Origin: Cystobasidiomycetes sp. EMM_F5
Lineage: Eukaryota
NCBI GenBank assembly: GCA_051047955.1
Contig: JBPGPT010000033.1
Coordinates: 62,001-126,000, forward strand
DNA length: 64,000 nucleotides
Direction of reading: 5' to 3'
The position numbers were made by a program, and so were the translations under genes. Numbering within the stretch: position 1 is the stretch's first letter; every line of letters begins with the position of its first letter. Below the pieces are notes generated by a model, which was given only the letters and a program-made list of their open reading frames with translations, searched no databases and was not told the origin of the DNA. Positions 1 to 9,613 of the stretch are shown piece by piece.

Positions 1-1323
1 CGCCGCTTTCCGATTCCGACGACGAGTACGGGCTGGCTCGCTTTACAGCTGCGGGGCCATCACTCTCGTTCTCGGCATCAAGCCTTCTACTTTGCACAGC
101 AATTCCAGCATTCTCTGTTTCGTGTTGCGCTAGAGGCCTTTGGCCACTATCCAACTCCAGCCATCCGCCAAGATCGTCAACGGGTCTCTGCTTTTGCGCT
201 TGCTTTCTCGCTGCTCGTTCCTCGGGCGTCTCTGTCCTTCCATGCAGATTCAGGCCGTCTGTGATGATGATGCCACCCCATTGGTTGCGCATTGCATGGT
301 TTGCAAAGCGCGAGAATTCCGTAGTGTAAGGATTCAGTTGCACAGCAGTACGTTTGCGGAGGGCCCGTGCACCATGCTGATTCTCTTCCTCGTGCACAAC
401 GTCAATGCTGCGCTCGGACAGCGGTAAGTCGGCAGCAGCATGCTCTTGAGTCTCGTTCTCTGGATGCTGACTATCGATCAAGACCGGTGAAAAGGGTCGC
501 TCAGGCTGTACTGAGGACTGTGTGTGTTCGGGAACAATCGAAGCTTCTGCATTTGCTATGCGAGCGGAGCGTGTTGTGACTTGGACGACATCTGAGTCGT
601 CGCTGGACAGACTTGCAGGACTGAGCGAACGACGGGTCTGTAGCTGTTGAGGCTGTCGACTTCGCCGAGCTATTTCGCTGAGAGACGGAAGATCGTCTGA
701 AGATGCTGATTCCCTCCTAATGCGACGTTCCTGTAGATCATCAGAAAGCCGTCTCGAAGGTTGTATATTGATGTCATTCGGCGATGTACCGTTGACCTTG
801 GTGGGCTCGCTTCCAAAATCATGCACAGGTTTATATTGGGCAGGGTCATGCGAAGATGTCAATGGTTCATTACTAGCGCCAATATATGGAGTTGCCGGTG
901 AAGGCGCGGGTTGTCCGACTGGGAGATTGAGTGGATCCGGGGATGATGAGCGTGCATCAATATAGGCGTTTTGAAAGAGCGGAAGCGTGTGGGAAACATT
1001 TGTCTCGACATGTGTCTGTGGATGCACGTCAAGGCCAGTTTCAATCAATGATTTGTCGCCTTCGTTCGGCTGAAAAACAAATAAATGAGTATGATACGCT
1101 ACCAGCGAATGTGAGCGGTCTTTACCTGATCGCCAGCTTCAAGCGCGAGCGCAATGTCTGTCCCCGATAGCGATGCGTCCACCAGATTCCAATATGCGTC
1201 TTCCTGCAGCCCGGCCAAATGCTCCAGTCCTTCTTCGTCGTCAGAATCGTTTACGACCTGCGTGTCGCTCGTTTCAATGACCGCATGTTCCCAGAGCATC
1301 GGCGCATCGTGCATGCTGTCCAT
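1..1323 (-). CDS. 5' part of a large low-complexity nuclear protein, possibly Mus7/Mms22 family; runs off the window edge
   Basis: ATG at 1323 (MDSMHDAPML...). A phase-0 GT-AG intron at 1070-1125 joins it to a frame that stays open to position 1. Contains RALRKRTAVQLNPYTTE, which resembles the R-x-LR-x-R-x-x-x-QL-x-PY motif I recall from fungal Mus7/Mms22 N-termini. Family call is tentative. Confidence 0.55.
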
Positions 1324-1588
1324 GACATTGCGAGCAGTGTACTCCTCGCGGCGTTGGTTGGGTTTACACGCCTTGGTGGAAAAGGATACGAGTCGCGTAA
1401 TTTCCGATTATTTAAAAGGAGAATGTGGCAAACAGTCAACAGACGCTTTCTACGCGTAACTAGCCATGATGGGGTTGGGTGAGTGGTGCAGTTACATGGA
1501 ATGAACGAGACTAACGATACACTTGTGTAGGCGACTCTTGAATGCACAGCCGGACTCTGATTGGACTTTGCAACTCGCTAGCCTCACT

Positions 1589-3231
1589 TCAAATCTCCAA
1601 GCCTTCTCTCACAGGCTTATTTTCAACTCGTCTACTCGCTGCGCGCTTCATCTCCATGACACGACGGGTGATGGACCAGGTATCGCGGAGGAGGACAAGG
1701 AGTGCACCTCCCAGAACGTTCCTCCACCACACAGGATCGATCGGTGGTCGCGAAATCTGACCAAGGGTCGTCCACGAAGTGGTCGGCACGGCAGTGCGCA
1801 GCATACTGATTCCGAGCAACTTGCCGAGAAATCCATTCCCGCCCTTTTGCCTCTGCGCTAGCCAAAACAGGAGTGATCCCGTCGTAGCGGCCATGCCGGG
1901 AAAGAGAAGCGATGTTGCGAGAAGCTTGACACTTGAGGAAGTAGTAAGTATGACGCGACGACCCTCTACTCCCAAATGAGCTGTAAAATCCGCCATCTCG
2001 GGAATTCCATTCTGCCCGTTGATTGCAAAGTCTGCTGCGCCGGGCAAGTCTACTGGAGCTTGAGGCGGATGTTGACCGTCCACTGCATTTGCGGGCACGT
2101 TTGGCGGCGAGGCTGGAGTGTGAGTCGGCGTGGGCCGCCTGCCCAGAGCAGCTTGTATAACTCTACGCCGTACTGCAATGTAGATTGCCCTGACCCACGG
2201 AACGAGGCATAGTGTAAGGGCTGGGTTGGGAGGGTAGCTAATGACAAGGTCCGACACCGGATATGGTTGTATGGTCGCGAATGACGGCGCAGTAGGAATT
2301 GTGTTGAGCACCAGAGTAAGCGGGAGGAATGGCAAGATTGGATCCAACAGACTCGTTCGGGATAAGACGAGCACGGGTAGGACCAACGGCGCAGTGAGAT
2401 ATCGCGTCCATCGCCTTGATAGGACTGTAGACAACCGTCAGCATGTCATTATGGCTAGATCGGAGATTACAACTTGCGTTGTCCTGCGACCTGATCGCCA
2501 ACAAACATTCGTATCGCCCAGACCCCGTGCCAGCTGAGAATGGCCCAAGTGCCAGCACCGACCCCAACAAGCATGATTTTGACAATGTTTTGCTCCCATA
2601 CGGCTTCCAGACGCTCGACCATACTTAGAATAGGATAATTGAGCTGGCTGACAGTGTACGGAGTACTGCACTGAGGACATGTCACGGGTGCTAATGCTGA
2701 TGCGTTGGGCTTGGCGGATGAGATCCATTGCATCAAGCAGTCCTCGTGGGCCACCAGACTGCATTGACAGGGATGAATCCATCGGCGGTCATTCCTGGAC
2801 TGCGGCGATTTTGACGAAAGAACATGCGATGCTGCGGCACTGCTAGTAGTCTCATGCTCCTGATCGTCCTCGTAGCAGATGAAGCACGTCTTTGCGACTA
2901 CCTGGTCGACGGTACGTTCGCCGTTTGATTGGTGGTAGTTTGATATAGGCGTGTGGGAGCCGGTTCCAAGGTGACCGTGAGCGTCTGCAGTGTTGATGTG
3001 ACCCACAGAGGTCGTCTTTCGCTTTATCCGCACAAAACTGCCTTGGGTCTGGCCGATGTTTGGACGCTGCGGTCGGGACAGGCTGGGCGAAGTCGAGCTG
3101 GACGCGGTTGCAGACGGCACACTGCCATCCCCTTCCTCGTCAGAGTGGGCTGGGGACCTCCGTCGTGGAGCATAGCTCGATGTCGCTGCATGCTGCATGG
3201 TTTGGTTGTTTATCGGTCGGGAGGACGGCAA
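1589..3231 (-). CDS. RING-CH (RINGv, C4HC3) membrane E3 ubiquitin ligase, MARCH5/MITOL-like
   Basis: CFICYED...WIHPCQCSLVAHEDCLMQWI...CPQC followed by several hydrophobic segments. Two ORFs are joined by one intron at 2425-2477 (GC-AG, donor gcaagt). Confidence 0.85.
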
Positions 3232-3393
3232 GGGATACTCAAGTCAGAGTTTCGGTAGTAGGAGTGGACAGCCATGAGGCCTGTCTATATCCAAGCAACT
3301 TCTAGCATTTCACTTCAAATACACGCAACCCAACGGCAGCCAAACGCCTCTTTCCGCCGAAATCCTGACGCGGCCTGGCCAGGTCTACACTAC

Positions 3394-3746
3394 AAAAAGA
3401 GTCTGCCCAGCCGGCGGAACCACTGAGCTCTTTAATGCGAAAGTGTGAAAGCGCAACACTCCGTGGAAACCCGTACATGCGATCCCCGATAGAAAAGCTA
3501 GAGTTGCTCTCACTGCTCCCTCTGCTCTGTTGCCAGCATGAGGGGCGCATCGATCCCCCGTAAAGGAGACGTGCGGGCGCGCAGGAAATTTAACAGCCGA
3601 GTCCGCGATTCTTGCGAAGGGGGAGCTTCGAACTGACAACCCGCTCAAGGGACATGTGTTGGATGGATTAGAAGTGCAAGCAACGGCGGCGTTGATCCGC
3701 TTGGAAAAAGCAACTGGACATTCCCGACTTGAAGCCATTACAGCCC
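3394..3746 (-). ncRNA. Signal recognition particle RNA (SRP/7SL RNA)
   Basis: The 5' end GGGCUGUAAUGGCUU matches the fungal Alu motif of yeast SCR1 and S. pombe srp7. 5' and 3' ends pair (UGUCCAGUUG 3720-3711 with CGGCUGGGCA 3413-3404; GCGGA/UCCGC). Helix-8-like hairpin CCCU-CAUG-CUG-GCAA-CAG-AGCA-GAGGG (3545-3518) has a GNRA loop. Internal B-box GTTCGAAGC (3633-3625), T5 Pol III terminator (3398-3394), upstream TATA. Confidence 0.9.
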
Positions 3747-3770
3747 ATCCAAGGCGAATTTTACACAACA

Positions 3771-3778
3771 TATATATA
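3771..3778 (-). promoter_or_regulatory. TATA element about 25-32 nt upstream of the SRP RNA (Pol III promoter)
   Basis: TATATATA at the expected distance upstream of the predicted 5' end at 3746. Confidence 0.6.
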
Positions 3779-4403
3779 ATCTGCACATAATTTCCAGAAA
3801 ATGACATCCACAGACTGACTCCTCTCGGACGGGACGCTCGCACTGGCCAAGTATGACGCATGTGGTCAGATTCCTCTAGACCACAGGCTTCCGCCATTCT
3901 AAGCTTTGGCTATAAACGTCGCGCTATGGTCCCTGCAAGTGACCGTGCGCCCATTCCTCATTGGGCCTTGTCTGATATGGATGTCGGCGCATGGCAGGCT
4001 TCCGGCACTCGCTTCTACAACTTGAAGCGCCTCAAAGCTAGTAGTCATCTTGAATACCTTCGCTTTGACATACATCTACGCCGATGGTCTTCTCACGCAT
4101 GAACCGTTTGCAGAATTGAAGCGAGAGATAGATCAATACAAGTTCCCATGTCCACAGCTTGTGAGCAGCACAATCTTCAGTGATGATGTACACTCTCTTG
4201 AGACAGAATTTAGAAAAGGTTTGGAAACGCACGAGCGCTTTTGGGGTATGCACATCGACCCGCATGGGCCTCGCTAAAGGTCCTAGCTGTGGTTCAAACG
4301 CGTCGACATAGCGCACGGAACGGTTCAGAGTATATTTCCGCTCGCAGTTTCACATCACGTTCGCTGTTTATCAGCCTATGCATTAGCTAATTCAGCACAC
4401 ATC

Positions 4404-5351
4404 ATGATTATCGATCTCAAGCGTTTTCCTTTTGGCTCACGGATGGCCGCAGCGCCCGCGCTCACTTTGGTTGGTCTGATGGGACTAGGCTACGGTTTCT
4501 ATTCCGTGACATCAGTATGGCGCTCGCCTCCATCAATAAGTTCGTCAACCAGTGTCGCGCGACAGGAGCAGAGGCGCGCTGAGATTCGCATTGAGGCGTG
4601 GCATGAAGGTGACACTAGCTTCTTGTGTCACATTGAGATCTAGCTGAAGGTATCCTGTCGGTCTACGACGGATTTTCCGAATGTAGGTATCATGCGAAAG
4701 AGCTTGTCTCTCGCGGTCTATCCTATGATCATGATCAGCGGTCTGGCCATTGTTCTTCACAACCGTCAATTCGTGGCAAGCGTAGCGCCATACTTCAGGT
4801 TCCGGTCCGCCCAAGCTTTGGCCATCCAGACTGTGTCCGGCATTGCGGCCCAAGCTCAAGAAGCGCCCAGTGCGAGTCCGTCTTCGGTCTTCTTCGCTTC
4901 GCCAGCGGAGAACCTCAAGGGTCTGTTGACGCCAGAGGAATGGGAAAATCCTACCCGGCTGCTTTGGACTCCTCTGCGTGTACCGGAAATTATTCTGCCG
5001 ATGCTATTTAGCCCAATCACTACTCAGCCGCACCCACAGCTGTTTGGTCAGGCCGACCAAGACGCCTTCTTCAGGTTTCAAGCGACGCACATTCTCATTG
5101 GCGTCGGAGTGCGTACACCGCTTGCCATTCTAGCAGCGCGACTGTTCGCTTGGCAGATCTCGCGGTCTAGCATATCGCGCAGCAGCCGAGCGAATGCTGG
5201 CGACACCGTAGAAGACGACGCGACCGTCGGGGCCGCAGCCGTGCCGTACAGAAGTGCGTGGAAATGTGCCGTCGTGATTGTTTTGGAGGAGGTCTGGTCA
5301 GCGTTGTGGAGAGGGTGGTTATTCGAGGCAGTGTCCTTTATGCTTCGGTGA
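4404..5351 (+). CDS. Degenerate mitochondrial-carrier-like membrane protein (tandem paralog A)
   Basis: ORFs 4404-4643 and 4692-5351 are joined by a phase-1 intron at 4609-4686. C-terminal GVRTPLAILAARL...PYRSAWKCAVVIVLEEVWSALWRGW is clearly homologous to the next gene. Confidence 0.7.
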
Positions 5352-5641
5352 TATTCATAAAATTGTATCCAGTTGTAATAGGCAGAACACCCAACGTGTT
5401 TCGCTCAGTCAACTAAAGGCTCGATGGCATAAATGTTCGCTCGGCCGGGGTGAGCTGTAGGCATCTTCTCCATTCACTCTGCGATATGTCTGCAGTCGTT
5501 AGAAACAGGTCTCTGCATTTGCTCTCGATAGTATGGTCCACGAGGGTCTGCTTGCTGCTTGCTGAAACTTTACTATCTTGACGAAAGGAGAGACCGAACG
5601 GCGCTTTGGTCTCTACCAACTAGTTAACATATTGCTGCAAG

Positions 5642-6638
5642 ATGGCCAGCGGATATGAGTCTGTTCCGCAAATTGCGCCTCCTGGAGCACCGCTAGTTGT
5701 CAATCCAGCTGATCTCAGTCCTGCCAAGCGTCTGGTCGTCGCAGCATCGCCAATACTGACAGTCGCGGCGCTGGTTGGATTGGGCTACCCGCCAGTTGCT
5801 GCATTGACACGATGGCGAGTGTCCCATCAACCAAAGGGATCCAAGGCTCCAGGCTTCACACAGATCATCAAGTCGGTCAAGCAGAAAGAAGGCGTTTCTG
5901 GTCTGTACAAGGGTAAACGTCAGCGCCACGATTGAGGGTACGAGCACCTGACCAGACCTCATCACAGGCCTGTTTGTCAACATATCTGTTGGGATAGTCC
6001 CGTGGATAACGATTCTCGGAGGTTACGCAGTCCTCAAAGTTTACCCTAAAGCAGCTCCATACCTCATCACCGGACGGCTGGCGCAATTCGGCTGGCATGT
6101 AGTTACAACACTTGTCATTCTTCCCTTCGAGATTGCGACTGTGCGATCCATCGTCACCCCACACACCCTTCCTTTAACATCTCCGCTGGGCAACCTACGA
6201 CTCCTCTTTTCAAAGGCAGAACGAAGCGATCCCCTGCGGACGCTATATACTCCCTCTCGTTTCCTGGTATCTCTGCTGCCAATTCTTATTGCGCCCTTGT
6301 CTGCTTCACTCCTTCTTCCTCAACTTCTCAAACTCGGCGAGCAAGAGGGCTTGCTTGCTTTCCTGGCTTCGCAGATCATCATAGCAATTGGCGTGCGCAC
6401 ACCTCTAGCTGTACTAGCATCGAGACTGAACGCTCAGCGATCTGGCGAATCATATGCTGGCATTGAGCACCGCAAGGGTGAAGATGCAGCGACACCTGAG
6501 GGTATCGTGCAGATTCGGTCAACCCCCTACGAGGATTTAGTAGATTGCGCCAAGACAATCGTAAGGGAGGAGGGGTGGTCAGCGCTGTGGAGAGGCTGGC
6601 CCCTGGAAGCTATACTGGCAGTTCGCAACTACCTTTAG
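5642..6638 (+). CDS. Mitochondrial carrier (SLC25)-like protein (tandem paralog B)
   Basis: Carrier-repeat hallmarks: IIKSVKQKEGVSGLYKG, LPFEIATVR, PYEDLVDCAKTIVREEGWSALWRG. One phase-1 intron after LYK-G. Confidence 0.8.
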
Positions 6639-6851
6639 CTCTTCTGCTGAAAATGAAGTTGGGGTGAAGTGCAGTAATAATTTTATTTGGAACGCAGAGG
6701 TGAAGCTGTACAGCGCTGTAACATGAGTGCACCCTCATAGTACTTGTACAAAGTAATGTAAAGGCAAGTCAAAGTAATGCCGATCACGCTGGCTGGGTCG
6801 GGCTTGAGTTGTCGGGCTTTAGCAGTCTTTTGCCTATCACTGCCACAAACC

Positions 6852-9244
6852 ATGGGACTTTTCAGCAAGGTCAAAGAGGCTGTCAAAGGCCGCGATGAGC
6901 CTGCAAAGTCCACGACGCAACCCGCCCCGGAGCAGCAACCGTCGGCAAGGCGGCCGTCATTCGCAGATGAAGTAACCCAGGCAAATCGCGCCGACATGCA
7001 TCATGAACCTTTTCATGGGACCATTCATGCTGCGCAGCACGGTCAACCAGAGAGCGCCCTCCAGCGTAACACATCAAAAAGCGGCGCTGGTACTTTCTTC
7101 GGGTTATCGAAACTGAACAGACAAAAGTCCACTACCAATGGCAGTACCGCTACGAAAGCAGCTCCACTAGTCCCGCATCAGCAACGCCCGGTCCGTGTTG
7201 CAAACGCATCGAGCATTCAGGATGCTATTGGTAGGGCCTTGTCGCGATTGACAACAAGCACGTGCAAGTGCCAACGCAGTAGTGTGATCATGCAGGTCGA
7301 TTTTGCGGCATTCGCGATGAAGACTGGACGGGAATCCTGGATCTCGCAGACATGATATCCGCTAATGAAGCGGCGGCTAAGGAAGGTGCCGAGTAAGTAC
7401 GGCACAGCGCGTCATAACATTCAAGCTGATACAACGGGCGCTTCAAGGGCTCTGCGTACCGAGATCAAGCACGGCGTTGCGCAGGCTCAGGAGAGAGCAG
7501 CAAAGGTACGGTACATATGCCTCGAATCACAGCACGTATATGTTAATTCCCAAACTTAGCTGCTGGTCGTCTTCATGCGCAACGCAAACGACCGCTTCAG
7601 GCGTAGGCAAAGCTGTGTCTGGTCAATGTCATGGATCTGACGCCTTGACAGTAAAAGTCGTGGAGAAAAAGTTTTTAAAGACACTTGAAGAAACCGTCAC
7701 TGCGAAGAAACTTGACCCGAGAGCCCGGGCGATGCTCTTCAAAGCAATTGCCGTCTTGGCGTACGAGAGTCAAGTACGCTCTTTCTAATAGGCCTATCGT
7801 ATGGCGTATCTGACCATTTCCACCTAATCAAGGGCGACAGTGATCGACAACCCCTGGTGGATCTGTACAAGTCAATCAAGCCCAGTACAGCTCCTGACGG
7901 TGGCATTGCAACGGAGCCAGGGGACAGTACCTTTGATCCAGTTCCTACGAAGCCACGTGCCGAGTACGCTTCGCGAGTCCAACGCTTCGACCCCGATCGA
8001 CAAATGGACCAGAATATACATCGCGCGACAGTTGCTCGATCTGAAGCGACTATGCTGAGCGAGACACTAGCATACACTAACGCCGAGACGTTCCAGCATA
8101 ACGACGTTGTCAAGGTGAGAGAAGTTTCGAGACCTCTGCAGGTCTGCTGGGATTGAATGCGTCTCTCTAGGAATACCATCCCAAGCTGCTCGCGTGGCAA
8201 CAGTGGATAACCAGCGAGATTCCGTGGGCGCAGGCCGAAGCAGACAGGATACACCGAGAAGTGCAACCCCAAGTGACTGAGCCAAATGTGCGAGCGGCGA
8301 GTAGCCCAACGCCAAGCAAGCAGGAGAAATACCTCGATCTTCTGCTTGCTGCAAACAGCGAAGTCATAGACGCGCTGTCCACATATGGCCGTCAGTCTCC
8401 TCTCTTTCATATTATACAATGAACGGAACTGTTTTTCTGATGCGCTTTAACAGGGTACGAAGAACAAGCAACGCGCATGCACGCGGAAGAGGAGGAGTTG
8501 CGAATTGTACAAGAGAGGTCGAAAGCGGAAACGACTATCAATCGAGCTGAAGTCGACAGCGAAGATCGTAGAAATGGCTTTGCGAATAATGTCTTTGATA
8601 GCATGGCGCCGCTCAAACAGGTCGCTTCGACGTCTTCATCGGGCTCTGAGAAGAAGAGACGTGTCGCTCATGTTTTTGAAGAGAATCTTGTCACGCAATC
8701 CAGCTCATCTCCGCCGCCATTAAGGATACAAAGCCACAACCCATATTCGCAATACTCGTCGGGAGGATCGGTTACGAGTCCTGATAGTGCATCGCCTATG
8801 CGCCACTTTCCAAGCGAGCCCATGTTGGAATCACCTAGTCCATTAGTATCGCGAAATCCATTCTACGCGCAGCCTACTTATGGACCGCCTAGGCAGGACA
8901 GCGGTGAGAGCGGGGTTCCCATGGTTCCGTCAGCAAAGGCTCTCGGAAAGTTGCGACGATTCTCTGGACCCCGCTCCGCCATAGACACAGAGACGCAGCA
9001 GCGTCGGCTTGAAGAGCAGATGCGCAAGCGTTACGAAGATAATTATGCTGCAGATCAGCAACGCAAGCAGATACCGAATGTTGAAGAGGTCTCTGCGAGA
9101 GAAGAGAGGGAAGATCCAGCAATCATGACCGGTACGCAACTGCGCGAGAGCCCAAAGCACAGTCCTGTCGCCGGGGTGCCATCGAGCACAGCTGCGGACG
9201 AGCCTTCAATCTTGGACGATTTCGACCCATTCCGGTCGCGCTGA
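6852..9244 (+). CDS. VHS/GAT-domain endocytic adaptor (Lsb5/TOM1-like)
   Basis: Spliced exons give a VHS-like helical block (DWTGILDLADMISANEAAAKE..ALRTEIKHG..QERAAK) and a GAT-like block (ARSEATMLSETL...LDLLLAANSEVIDAL). The tail has NPY/NPF/DPF motifs. Confidence 0.7.
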
Positions 9245-9613
9245 CGAGTGACGGCACCGAGCATGACTGTCGTGTCAATGTAGCATAGACTAGCACTCAG
9301 CCTTGCATACACAATTATCTGTATGGAAATGTGATGGTCGGGCTGACAAATCAATCGGGTCATCTGTTTGTTTTCGCCCGCGTGCGGTGGCGTTCCCCGG
9401 TTGACCTGAAACCTGTCGTGAGCCGTTGGCAGAAGGCGTTTTGCGACTGAACGGCAGGAAGAAAGTGCGGAAATTGCACAGAAGAGACGCTCGCCTGAAG
9501 CACAGCTACTGGGCACATCTGAGCAGCGACGCAGCTGGAGACCCGCTCGTAAAAGACACCGCCAGCCTCCTTGGCAGGCCCCCCGTTCCGCCTCAATATT
9601 TCTGGCCTGCAGC

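Noticed and set aside
3302..3897. ORFs 3302-3550 and 3385-3897 (-)
   Set aside because: They overlap the SRP RNA gene, have no protein motifs and are probably chance ORFs.
3860..4277. Two short overlapping + ORFs between the SRP RNA and the carrier genes
   Set aside because: I could not join them with a convincing intron or recognise a motif. They may be a small gene or relic, but this is unsupported.
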